NCBI GenBank assembly: GCA_030704615.1
Contig: CM060731.1
Location: forward strand, 41,850,001 to 41,914,000
Source: Takakia lepidozioides
Lineage: Eukaryota > Plantae > Bryophyta
DNA length: 64,000 nucleotides
Reading direction: 5' to 3'
Part shown: positions 26,972 to 39,700 of the stretch, piece after piece
Layout of the letters: each line of letters opens with the position of its first letter
How positions within the stretch are numbered: the stretch's first letter is position 1
The notes under the pieces: generated by a model
The model's database searches: none
Told to the model about the DNA's origin: nothing
Seen by the model: only the letters and a program-made list of their open reading frames with translations
Program-made: the position numbers and the translations under genes

Positions 26972-29150
26972 TGAGAGGCAGATTGCCGAAGAACTAGCAA
27001 GAGCTAATGCTCTTGACAGAGGGTATAGCTGATTGGCAAAGCATCTATTTATAGAACTGCACCCGAGCTTGTGAAGCCACCTTCACATGTTTCCAGTTGA
27101 TGTCGAATTTGTCAAATTCCGGAGATGCTGAAGATGAGGGACCATTGATGCCGCCAAGGGTCGGGAGGGCACTCACATGAGCTTGCTCCAGTGCAACTGC
27201 AAATGAGTCCGTCCCTTCCCCATGTGTCCTGGAAAATGCTGAGGAGGGTGAACTGGTGTTGAGGCTTCCGGGCGATTTCTGCACACATTTTTGCCCAATC
27301 CAGTTTAGCAGCAACCGTCAAGTCAAAAAACACTTGAGTGAGGATGGTGGTGGCCGAGGTATTGCGAGAGTCCAATGTCCATCTGCATCTGGCTTTCCAT
27401 AATTGCCATAGGGTTGCCGATCGTAAGTCTCAAAAACAGGACAGTCCGAGGCTCTGGATTTTACATTCTAATTGTGATTGAGAAGCAAGGCAATGGGACC
27501 CAAAGGGGGTTGTCCCCAAGGGCGATAGAAGGGTAGGACGAGGCGCCAGATTGCCATTGGGGCTATGCTAAAAAAAAGGCAGTGTTCCAAACTTTCAATT
27601 GTATCTACTAAGCAGCATTTGCATAGGAGAGCATCTTGGAATCCTAGATATTGCCCCACCTTCAATACCCTGTTGGCTATTTGCCAGAGAAAAGCATTGA
27701 GCTTTGCTGGTTTTGTCTTGTCCCAGATCAGACTCCAAATACTATTCCAGATTTCCATTTAACAAAACCTGCGTGCCCCCATCTAGCGTTCCATTTGTCA
27801 TAGAGGGGGCTGGTTTTGTTGAGCGTCCTGTAAGCTTTTTTTGCAGAGAAAGCAAAGAAGGGCTGGGGGGAGGTTCCGAATTTCCAAAGCCACTCAGCCG
27901 GGTCTACCTGCAGATTTGCAGCTGTTGGCCCCAATCCAGGTGAACCTCTCTTTTGCCACCCAGGCTACGGTGGGGGTCCCTAATGGATGCAGAGGGTTGA
28001 AGTCTTTCAAATCAGAACTCCAATGACAGATGCGAGCTGGTCTTGCCCTTGCCGAGGGGGTAAGGGCTTCTTGAGGACTCAATAGAGATAGCATGCCCGA
28101 GAAGGGGTCAGCTAGGAACCTCTAACCTTTGAGCATAGCATTTTGCACTGCAATGACATAAAGGATTTGGAACTCCCTGTCTTCAAACATCACCCATTGG
28201 GTTTGCCTTATCGGGAGATCACCTGCAGCCAGCAGTGTTTTCCAAGGGTCTGGGACTACGCCAAGGACCAAGTGAATTCCGGTAGTCAACCTGTGGGATC
28301 CCAGTGCATCTTGGAGAGAAATAGGCGTGCTGATCCAAAGGTCCTTTACCTTGCTAACTCCCCTAGTCTCCCAAGCCACCCACCTTTTGGCTTGCTCTTT
28401 CACCACCAGGGTTGGATTGGCCAAGTTGAGAAAGAGCTGTTGTTTGAGGGTTTCTTGGAAGGTGGTGGGTGCTTGCTTGATAAAAAAAGGCCTGAACTCG
28501 TTCCATGCTCTCCAAATGGAAGTCTAGAGGAGAGAACCCACTATCTTATGGTTGAAACCTTGAGTAATCCAGCGCAGTGAAGGGGCCCAATAGGTAGATT
28601 GGAGAGGGGAGCTGGCAGATATGTTAGCGGTAATTAACAGTTTCCACCATCCCCCGACATCTGCTTCGGCATTAATCCTCTTTTTCTGATTTCATTGGCC
28701 ATGTTGCAGAAGTCACTTGATATTTTGGGCCATAGAGCCTTGTAGAATTTGATTGACATACCGTCTATCCCCTGGGCTCTTGTTGCTGCTCATGAGTTTT
28801 AGGGCCTTTTCCAGCTCCTCTGGAGTGAAATCAGCTTGCAGGGGAGCCGCCTCAGAGCAAGCCACCTTGACCGGAATGGTCTGCAAGCATTGCTCAAGAA
28901 GGGGATTGGTGTTTTGGTCCTGGGGGTCCCTTGAAAAGAGGGAGCTGAAATGAGAGAAAGCTTTGTTGCATAGTTCTCTAGGGATAGAGGCTTTGGTGTC
29001 CATATTATCTATGTGACGCTCCGCAATACTTTGAAGCGCTCGCCTCTGTTTCACTTTTTGGAAAAAGTATTTAAACATCTTATCTTCCTTGGCTGACCAA
29101 TTTATGCCAGCGTGCATTTGCATCTTCTGCTCCTAAAGGAGATGGAACTT
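26972..29150 (-). mobile_element. Degenerate L1/Tx1-type LINE ORF2 (RT core deleted, zf-RVT retained)
   Basis: KYFFQKVKQRR...FTPEELEKALKLMSSNKSPGD; IWDKTKPAKLNAFLWQI...CKCC..ESLEHCLF. Confidence 0.85.
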
Positions 29151-29585
29151 CCCTAAGTTGGCGCGGGCTTCGAGATAGGGTTGGAAAGTATGCTCATCAC
29201 AGGTATTGTTCTCAATGGCTTTTTGGCTTTAAGATATGTGTTACGGGGAATTCCGTGTAATAAGGCAACGGAAAATTTTGCTCCAGAAGATCCATAAAAA
29301 CACAAAGGAAAAAAGCTGGAAAATCTGTAGGGATGAACAAGCCGCTCATAGATGTTCATTAACCTGTCCGGACTGAGCTTTGGTTGGGGATACTGAGAGG
29401 GTCAGAAGTTCAGAACTTGCAGTGGGTAGTCATCATCTCCCCACCACGTTTTCATTTCTTCGTTGTGATGGCCTTCTGTGTTTGGATTTGTTTCTTTCAT
29501 GCTCTCACGTTCCAGTCTATGTTGCAATATCATCAGCACTGGAACTTCTCACACGCATCTCATTTTCTAAAATTGAAAAGAAGAC

Positions 29586-29789
29586 GAAGTCAATTTGTCG
29601 ACAAAGTCTGAAAACGCTGTGGGCACCCATGAAATTTGGGGGAGGGCAACATTAGCTTTGAGAGAAACAGTGGAGGACAAGGGGTGGGACTGCTCCATTG
29701 ATGAGGGAGGTGGTGCATTCTACGGTCCTAAAATTGACGTGAAGATTGAAGATGGTATTGGACGTAAACGGCAGTGCTCAAGCATCCAG
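29586..29789 (+). pseudogene. Orphan exon of an organellar threonyl-tRNA synthetase
   Basis: [27 protein letters not shown]...[30 protein letters not shown] followed by a GT donor; no other exons found. Confidence 0.85.
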
Positions 29790-30439
29790 GTAAGAAAAGG
29801 GTTGATTATATCACATCTGAGGTGTTTGCTAATGTGGTAGAAATAACAACTAGAGTTGGCAATGTCCTCATATACTCGTATGAACAAGTGCAAGTAGCTT
29901 GTGTTGGGAGTTTAGACGATGAGGCCTACTCAACCAGGGGCATTATCTGGCCAAATGATTTACCCAGAGGCTTCCTATTCTCTAGAGGAAAGCAATAGAA
30001 ATGTTGTTCAAAACTGCTAATTAGCTTAAGGAGCCATTAGCGCTATCAGATGCAGGGATGACTGATGTTGGTTCTGTGGCATCAATCATCACCTTCATCT
30101 TGACCATGGTTGATTCTTAAGTTGAATCTTTGGTTGTACAAGACCCCACCATCACATGTAGCCTCCAGGGCCTTTGGGTCACAATGCATCCAATACGAAT
30201 AGAGAGCTCAAGCTTGGAAATTTCTTGGAGCTTGAGAAATATTAATCTGAGTTTGAGGGGAAAGGTTTGTAACATAATTGAGTCATGCAGGATGATGTTA
30301 AATCAAATTCAGCGTCAATTCTAACTAGAAATCTGTGCCAATACGATGGCACACCTGTCAAGTTCTTGAAGGAAGAAGAGATGGAATCAGCGCAATTTCC
30401 AGCACTTGGAACTCTTCCAGCACTTGGGGTGATTTGACC

Positions 30440-30652
30440 TCGGGCACTATGGAAGGCAGGACAACTGAAAGAGGCGCTGTGTATCTTGAACGAACGAGGC
30501 ATTTCGGGAGATTCTGCTACCTGTGTCTCTCTCTTGCAGGAGTGCATCAAACTGAAAGACCTAGCAGCAGAAAAGCAGGTGCCCAAAATGAATTCAAGCC
30601 CGACATCTTTATACTCAACACCCTTGTTAACATATATGCCTAATGTGGAAGT
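30440..30652 (+). pseudogene. PPR gene 5' fragment paralogous to about 48230-48450
   Basis: ALWKAGQLKEALCILNERGISGDSATCVSLLQECIKLK...PDIFILNTLVNIYA*CGS. Confidence 0.85.
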
Positions 30653-30827
30653 GAGCTGATCGAGATGGATGGGCAGAGTGTGAGAGAGCGAGCGAGAGTT
30701 AGTGATTCGTTGGGCTTGCTTTCATCCATTTCTGCAGTCTAAGCAAGAATAGAAATGAAACAAGGATTTTACGTATACGGTAGGGTAAAAGCTTCAGAGA
30801 AGCCATTACATCGATCGGGCACAACCA

Positions 30828-31186
30828 TGTATTGGGAATCAATTGAACGTAAAAACCTGGGTTTTTTCTCTTTGTATTTTCAGGGAACTTACCTGGCGGA
30901 ATGTCACGTCAGCAGTGGGCTGGGGATATTACGCGGGCATGGGGATATTACGCGTAATGTCCCGTGGGAGATTATGCACGCCATCTTTTCCTTACAATGT
31001 CATCTTTAATGTTAGATGCCCCAATCTGAGCCGTCCACAGCGAAAAGAAACCCTATGTCTTTATGCAGCGTAAGTCCCCCACCCTCGGGCTGGTACCTTG
31101 GTATTCGTGTCGTGACCTCGGGCTGCGCCCTCGGTCACTCCCCTCACGCCACGGTACACCCTAGGGTGGGGGACTTACCCTATACA
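30828..31186. mobile_element. Small non-autonomous element with a GC-rich subterminal hairpin; related end at 59940-60068
   Basis: Termini tgtattggg / ccctataca; inverted repeat gtaagtcccccaccct...agggtgggggacttac flanking ctcgggctgcgccctcgg. Confidence 0.55.
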
Positions 31187-32491
31187 TTGGCACTTCAACA
31201 AAGTCATGTACGAATGCCAGCCGTGCAGCAAGTGTGATTGTTCCTTTGAAATACAATTTGTGCACGATCATAATCTCTCTTAGTCTGTATGTAGTAATTG
31301 GGACAATTCAGGCCTATGATTGTGACCTCCGCTAGAACAATCTGCTTTGACGAATACATTGGCTGGGAATATTGCAGCCTCCTATCTGTTTAGCAATTTG
31401 AATGAATTCTGGATCTGGCTATGGATGGTGCTACCAGTTGACCTCAAGAAAGTGGAGTAACTGGGAGGTAGCAGTTTGAAGACCTGAGTTCTCATACTAT
31501 GGGAAAATTTGGAGGTGCCACTAGGCTCACCGTCCATGAGCTTGTAAAGTTAAACAGCTTGTAATTAGGCAATCAGAGTGATTTCGATGCTTGTGACAAT
31601 TTCGGAAGCAAATCTGCCAGGGATTGTCATCTTTGTAGTCAGCTAACCATCGGTTTCGGAACGCCCATCTTGTATTTACGTGTGCAGTTGGGGTTAACAA
31701 GCTGGTATCTGCAGGAATTTGAAGGGAGCAGTATACGGAACGTTGTTGCGGTGACAAGTTTAAGACAGAGTAAACTATGGAAGACAAGTTTAAGACAGAA
31801 AAACTATGGTACCTACAGCAGGCTCTTCTTACATTCCTGACCTCTCGATCCTCATTTCTGCTCAGTCAAAATCTCTTTGAAATTTGTGCCTTGCCTGTGC
31901 ATAACCTAGGTGATCCTGGGTTCAATCCTGCAACATGTGCCTTCAGACCGTCCATTGGGCCCTCGATGGCCTGTGTGTTGAGCAGTAGGCTCTGTAAATT
32001 CACTGGATGTTAAAGAATCTTTATCTTTATGTGATATCTCTTACATCATTTCAACAGAAATTTTCTACTCAGCTAAGTTACTTGGACGCAACATCACTAG
32101 TGGCAAACTACAAAAAGAGGTTAAATATATGTATAGGAAGATAATAGAAATGAGGTAAGAACTTATTTCACAAAGTACCATCCTGATACCTCTGACAGGA
32201 TGGTACGCCTGTTTCGGGCATGTCAAATCTTCCCCACCCTCTGGTGAGAGTGACATGGAACTGAAGGAGTGTAAACTCCAGTCAGGGTTACATGAGGGGT
32301 GTGTAACTCCACTTGGGGGTACACGCACACTTGGACTCAAAATTTGACTAAGTCCAGATTTGGCTAAGTATAAAATGGCTAAAAAAGAGTTACACAAGAC
32401 ACCGAGGTTATATAGGGGGTTACACTATAGTAACCTCCAATCAAGAATGGAACCCGAAATCATGTCGCCTGCACTGCAACCATCTTACTAA

Positions 32492-32918
32492 GGGCCTTAC
32501 CACACGAGCAGCAGTGGAAGTCTCTACAACCTGCTGAAGTCGTGCTGATTGGTTGATGGATCGTAAACTGCCACCCTCACCTACCACACGGGAGGAACGG
32601 CAACCAGAAGGCAATGTGACGTGGTGCTTATGTGGAGTGTCTCCACGAAAGTAGGATTTCCAAGGACTATTGCCTGGAATTAATCCGAAATTTTAGGGAA
32701 CTTCTTTGTCGCGATATGCTCCTTCTCGCCGTGGCCCTCATCTGAGTCATTCATTTTTGCTTCTCAACGATCTGTTCCCGTGCCCGTCTGCCGCTCATGT
32801 GGTACCGTTGGTTAGTTTTTGCTGACATGGGTCTACTCTCCATAACATACGGTTGCTACAATCCTAGCCAGGGACTTCCATGTCACTCAAGCTCACTGCC
32901 GCTCATGTGGTAAGGCCC
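32492..32918. mobile_element. PIF/Harbinger (Tourist-like) MITE
   Basis: TIRs GGGCCTTACCACACGAGC / GCTCATGTGGTAAGGCCC; TAA target duplication on both sides. Confidence 0.9.
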
Positions 32919-33140
32919 TAACTAACACACTACCCACCACAGCGAGTCACCCTCTGGGATTCTTAAGTATTTAATAGTGAAACCGAGATAAGAGGGGGTG
33001 GGGAAGATTTGACAGGGCCCCCTGCCGGAGGAGCCCAGGCTGCTGGAATCCGGCGAAAGTGTCAGATTGCACGAGTGCATTAAGTTCTTTCCTTATTTCA
33101 ATTATCTTCCATATTTATATATTCGGGACCTAATTAGTTT

Positions 33141-33496
33141 TGTTTTTGTTTTTTCTTAGAGAACAAGGGATGAACTATATTAAATATTATTTGGGGAAAA
33201 AAAATTAAAACCACTATTACACCTTACACTAGGGCACAAGCCCAAGACCAAGTGAGAATGGAGCATTCCCAACGGCTTTACACTACGGCCGGAGTCCAAG
33301 AAAATGGAAGTGGGTCATTTGCCTAGATGGCACCTACATGGCAGAAGTTTTGGCGCCAACTTCTTGGGCCAGACCAAGAAAAAAGAACCCTCCTAGAATG
33401 GAGACCCAACTCTCAACTCCAATAGTGGTAGAAATTGGGACCAGGATTTCATGGGCTTGAGCCCTGGTGTAAAGCGCACACATAGCGTAATCAGTG
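33141..33496 (-). mobile_element. Short 5'-truncated non-LTR insertion
   Basis: Flanked by a direct repeat of about 14 bp (gacctaattagttt) with a T-rich tail at the left end. Confidence 0.6.
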
Positions 33497-34073
33497 ACCT
33501 AATTAGTTTGGACTTAGGACAAAACCAACTAACTGATAGATTCTTAAATATATATATATTACTACTTTGTGGCTCTCACTTCTTGGGCCGGAGTCTTCTT
33601 ATTTCTTTCTTCTTCCGAGTACTTTAGGTTTGATGGCCACACACCCAAGTTGTTTGGCGGGGTCGACTAGGGTAATTCTGAAACTATTGACTCCTATTAT
33701 CTTGGGTTGGTCAAGCTCGGCCATTGGGCAAATCGCCAATTAACTGGGAATAATTGTATGGACTAGCATAGATACTGGTCATGGATTGTATTCATCTTCT
33801 ATCCAAAAAATATTGAACCTTTGCAAGGAGATGGATGACTGGCCGCAATAGCTGTGAGTCATCCACTAACTCACATTGCACATGGATGAAAAGTGGATGG
33901 ATGTGGGCCGATACCGCTTACTCATGATGAAAAATGAGCTCATCCACAACATCATAGCCAGTTATGTCCAGAAGTGACCAAGTAGATATATATATATATG
34001 TATATGGTCTAGCTTCTTTCCACCCAAGTCCAACTCATTTTCCCCTTTGGAGCTCGCTTGCTTGTATCTCTCA

Positions 34074-34684
34074 ATGAAGCCAATGTCTGGGAGGGTAAAG
34101 CTTGGTCATGACTTTTTTGTGTTGGCACTCATCCTCCTTGCAACAGGACCTTCCTTGGTGAAAGCTAGAGATTACAATGTCTGGTTTCTCAATACTTCCC
34201 CGCAATTGGGTAATCTGCAAGTCGCTTGCAGGACTTAGGATTATGTCTATCCAACCTTTGTAACCATCTCTAACTCCAATGCTTATCATATGTGGATTGG
34301 ATGCGTTTGAATGTTTTTCGATGAACTTATCTAGAGAGGTAAGGTGGTGCTGAATTGGTCATGCTGCTGTGACATGTTGAAGGTAGCAAACAGAACATTC
34401 GGAATAAAGAGTACTGGACCATGACATTGCTTTTGTTTGGCGAGTTGCAGGAAGTGCCTGGAACTGAGTATGGGTATATTTATACGAGTATGGTATTTAT
34501 ATGGGACTACCTTTATTGCACAGCATTTTTCACAGAAACTGGGGGAGCAGTCCTCAGCCACAACTGGCAGACAGCTGCATGGTGGTACCAGGGCAGTCAA
34601 ATTTCTTGGGAAATCGGTCTTTCCAGTACTTGCTATTTCCACGATCAGGACACACAAAATTGTAAATATAATTGGAGCTTCTAG
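34074..34684 (+). pseudogene. Small secreted Cys/Trp-containing protein, S-protein homologue (SPH)-like; one in-frame TAG
   Basis: Signal-peptide-like FFVLALILLATGPSLVKA; NVWFLN...LQVACRT*DY; putative intron about 34260-34450; EVPGTEYGYIY...YLYCTAFF...ISWEIGLSSTCYFH...CKYNW follows SPH-like spacing. Confidence 0.45.
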
Positions 34685-35004
34685 AGCCCGGTGAGGATGA
34701 AGTGATGAAGTGTGCCACACTACCTAGAAATTTACATGTATAACTTACTGCAGTGCCATGATAGGATCTGGACAACAATATATATGTCTTTATCAAACTA
34801 GACTCAGTCTGCTCTACTGACGACAAGTTTGAAGAATTCTGTACCGTTATGATAATTGACAGCAGTCAAGGATACTCTGTGATAAGTGATATTTGCTTGT
34901 AACTAGCTCCCCTACTTCCGAGTCCTCCAAAATCACTATCGTTCGAGTTCATTCTTGGCTTGGGGCAGAGGGGGGCTTTACAGAAGAAGTTTGGCACAAG
35001 AAGT

Positions 35005-35500
35005 TCTGTAACCCAAACAGTGTAACCCCGACACTTGCAACCCCAGCTCATGTCACCCCTGCATCATGTCACCCAGCCCCATGTGAGCTTGGAGTAATCC
35101 GAAGTAATCCTCTGTAACCCCGGCTCATGTAGGCAGCCGTGTAACCCCACCTCATGTGACCCCAGCTAGTGTCACCCCTATATGAATGTAACCTTGTAGC
35201 TAGTGTCACCCCGCCCATGTGGGTCTCGAGTAACCCTCTGTGACCCCGACTCATGTAACCGTGGACGTGTAACCCCCACCCATGTAACCCAAACTGTGTA
35301 ACCGTGCAACATGTAACCCCGACTTGTGTAACCCCTATGGCACCGAATAATCACCCTAGGTAATATAACCACGATCGTGTAACCCTCTCTAATCCTACAT
35401 CGTATAACTCCGCCCCGTGAGAGCCTCGCAACACCCAATAACCCTTTAATTAACCCCTACCCATGTTACCCAAACCGTGTTACCCTGGAACCGTGTCACC
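35005..35500. repeat. Degenerate TGTAACCC/TGTCACCC array (probably a transposon subterminal region)
   Basis: Many copies of tgtaaccc/gtcaccc are directly visible. Confidence 0.8.
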
Positions 35501-36707
35501 CAATGACATATATATGACATATACAGGTAACTTTGTATCACACACAAGCCATGGCAGCCTTCTCCTTGCTATTAGGAATGTGGTACATATTGAATTGAAT
35601 TCTCTGTGTGTTCTGCAAGCAGAGCACGATGATACTGGAGCTCGGTGGCATGGTGAAAAAGACGAAGAGAATGCTATAAAGCGTGTGCACGTGGTCTTTG
35701 GTGGACCGTGCAGTTTTCAATCTCACAAAAACCCCAACTACGCAGTTGGGGTCCGTTCGGTCCCCATGTTAGACTACAATCACTGCAGCATTGATCGGCC
35801 CATGTGGAGCAGGTCTGCACAAGCCAGCTTCCGGCTAATTAATGTGAGAATAACTTGTACTGAATATTACGTCGTCGCCAGCCACTTATTTCAGCATGAG
35901 ATTCCAATTTTGAGCCCTTCTCATGATCACCTCTTAGGGGCTTGGATTGAGCAGCCGTTTGCCACACTCCCCAAACAGAGCAGGCACTCGACACCCACTA
36001 TATAGTAATTAATACCTCAATTCTCAGCTAGTTCTTTCTGGCTCACATTGGGCATTGAGGTCCGAAGACCGAAGCTTCCGAATTCGTGTTTCGGAAGTTG
36101 TACAATCTGGGCATTTAAGTGTTCTTCTTCACTGAATCTGACATCTGCAATGAATCTCTATCAGGACTTGTGGGTAGTCGCAGACTTTCGACTGAATTTG
36201 GACTCTTGACATCTACAGGTAATAAAACCGATATTGATATCCTGTCCCTCGGGTGTGATGGAGCGAGTTGAGTCCATGATCATGGAACCTCAAGCCAAGT
36301 GGGGATCGTATGTTTAGTGATCTCTACTGACATTCACAAGATCAGAGAAAAAAAGCCAGTTCTAAAAAAGTCTGTTAACTTATAGAGCACAGGGACGAAG
36401 TAGAACAACGAGAAACCGTTTCATAATGTATTATAACCATCCTCGAAAGGGCCAAAGGCCCCAGATTTTTGGGACGGACTCTTTGGCCCTCTCTGTCCAT
36501 CCAGAAGCGGTCCCCCATAGTTCAGTTTATTTCTAATAGTAAATGCGGCCGTTACCCGAGAAGATCCTTCTCTCGTTGTCTGTGAGAGCCCATACATTAC
36601 GTTGCTCACTTCAGTGACAACTTTGATTCTCTCCCTCAATCGCATTGTGTGAGATCGGCCTAGTAAAGCGCATAGTAGTTAGTATCAGTTTTGTGTTGAT
36701 TTTGTAG

Positions 36708-39700
36708 ATGGAGGTCGACAGACAACGTCTTTATGGTGCTGCAGTGTTGTTCCCTTTGCCTACTGGTCAGTTGTTGTCTCTTTCCTCTTGCCTTTTACGT
36801 TCCGTATTACTCGCCAGCAAGATTGAAGATGGAATAATTTGAGGACTGCTATGTAGATTCTTGACGAATATACATCTGGAGTGTTTCTCGATCTGGCTGA
36901 ATCGAATGCGAGGGTGTTGCTATCAGAGTTATCTCCTTCCATTTCCAGTAGGGACAGTCCTGAGTAACGTGGTACATTTTGTGGGGGACCTGGAGATGGA
37001 TGGAAGTGGGGATAGATATTCCGGAGTATGGGATGTGTTTCGGATCCAGCGTGCATAAATGCCACTCTCTTTCTTTCTGGTTTGGCCGGAGTGCAAGCCA
37101 TCATTACAATGAATGCAACAAACAAGTAACACTCATCATGATCGGCCATTGCAGGTCTGACATTTTCCTACGGGGTTGCTGGCTTCCGAGCGGATGCAAA
37201 ATTGTTGTCTTCCACTGCCTTCCGAGTAGGTGTTCTGGCAGCCTTGCGATCCCTGAGCACGCATGGCGCAACAGGAATTGTCGTCACCGCTTCACACAGC
37301 CCTGTGCACGAGAATGGTGTGAAGCTGGTGGATCCAAGTGGTGGCATGCTGAGCGTTTTGTGGCAGCCTTATGCAGACCTGTTAGCTAATGCACCCAGCC
37401 ACGATGTGTTTCTACAGGTTCCCGTTCTTCTTGTTCGGCTCATGCATTCGAGCCATTTGGGTTGTTTTGAACACCATGGCAAAGAACACATCATCTTAAT
37501 ATCTAGCTTTTTATTGGTTGGATAACAGGAACCAGTACGAACCTTTTGATCCTAACTGTGGAAGGAAAAAACTGTGTTGGAGAAGTTGATCCTCCATATC
37601 ATTAATTGTGTCCAGGGTTACAGACATCAAAAAATGAAAGATTGAGATCCTCCCTCCAGCCATGCCTTATCAGTGTCATAGCCATCTAGCAGGGTTTGAA
37701 CCTCAAATTTGTAGTTTAGATCTCACCTGTGTTAATCGGAACTCAGCGTAATGTAGTACACAAGGAAACAGAAAGTCTGCAGTGTCCACAAAGAAATTTC
37801 TGATTCTTTCCAGTCCAGCGCCTACAAACCGTATGTGGGAAGGTTTCATGTAAATGTTAGATTATGCTTGCTAGAGCATGGTGATCATACACACTAAAGG
37901 CAGATGGCCTTGTTTACTTATGGGAATACTGTTGTCCAGGTAGTTGAAGAAATTGTGAAGGTGGAGGGTATTGAGTGTAGAGATGAACTATGCGGAAAGG
38001 TGTTGCTGGCCAGGGACACAAGGCCCAGCGGAGAGGCTTTGGTTGCAGCTGCCCATCAAGTACATATCTCTCTCTCCCTCCCTGATCTGTAAAAATGTCT
38101 CTTTTTTCCTTTCTTCCCCTGTTTCTAAGGCACTGGCCTCCATGCAGGTTTTGGAATTTAATTTGTTGTTGGTTTGTGTTCTTCTATTGTTTAAGGACCC
38201 TGTGCCTCCAGCATTGGTAAAAAATTCATTTCTTTCTTTGTTGTTGCTTTCTTTCGAATGCTGGTCACAGAGCTTCTGAGGACGTCATAAAATACCATTT
38301 CATCTTCTCTCTATTGGTGTGGGATGTCTCTAAATGAAGACATGGTCTCTGTTTCTGAGGTGGGCTTTAAATGCAGTTTATGTTCTAGTGGTTACAGTTG
38401 TGTTCTAACTTGATTTTTGAAGTTGGGCTCAACAAGATGTCCTACATTACACAGTCAAGCACCCCCTTGCTAAGGGACTAGACCCACCTGCTCCTCAGGG
38501 AATGTCTACGAATAGGCACATGCATGCATTTATAGACACCTGGTATTGTGGTTTTGAACCTTCGAGGCCAAGTCTTAATATTAACCCAGCTCCAGAGGCT
38601 ACTTGTCTGTCAAAATTGGGCTCCTATTTGGTGGGACTTGGTATTCACCGAGCTCCAATAGCTGCCAATCTAGGGAACCCAGTCAGAACGATACTGAAGC
38701 ATACTTACTCATGTTTAGCATTTGTGTTAAGGGTAATTCATCTGGGTATGTTTCCTTGTCCATGTGTTTGCTTGGTGAGGTTAGCGCATGTGCCACAACC
38801 ACATATTATGCCAAAATGTTGTAGCAGCATGATAACTTGGACCCATTGCATGTTTGTAAGAGACAACCTGAAAGTTTGCATGTGTGTGAAGGGTGTGGAA
38901 GCAGTGAGGGGGGTGGTAGCTCACAACATGGGCATCCTGACAACGCCACAACTGCACTGGATGGTGCGGTCAATTAACAGGGGTCTTCCCGCCTATGAGT
39001 CTGCTTACTTCTTCCATCTGTCCAATGCATTCAGGTGCAACTCTCTCTCACTAACATGTATAAGGTCACAAAGAGCTTAGCAGCTAGCTGCACGACAACC
39101 TCTGTCTTTGTGCAACATTTGAGGTTGGAAATGTTCTTTGCTTCAGTGATTCTACGTGCCCCATAGACCTTTCAGCGTCCTGTGGAACAAAGTTTTGTTC
39201 CTTCTTTCCTTCTTTTATTCCTTTGATCTCTCCACGGACCTTATAAAGTATCATTTCATTTCTTTCATAGCTAGGTGACATCTGGTTTGTGCAGTTTTCC
39301 TTGATGATCTACTTGGATTTCAGTCTATTTAAATTCTCTGTCTTTCTTAGTTTCTCTTGCATTATGCTACTACGCTATACTCCAAGCTCTCCACTGTGAC
39401 TGTGGCTTGGCCTTGACAGAATGCTGGTGGAACTGCATCCTGCCACTCCCGCAGATCCTATGCTCTCAGAGGTGTTGATTGCAGATGCAGCGAATGGCGC
39501 GGGTGCCAGCAAGCTTCTTGAACTACAGAAGCTTATTGTCATGCTAGGGTTGCAAGTCCGGAATTGTGGCATGGATGGGAAGGGGGTGCTGAACGAAAGA
39601 GTCGGTGCTGATTTTGTGCAGAAGGAAAAGAAACCGCCCCGGGGTTTTGGGTTACCTACTGATGTTGGAAGAAGGTGCTTCTCTTTCTCTGTCCATGTAT

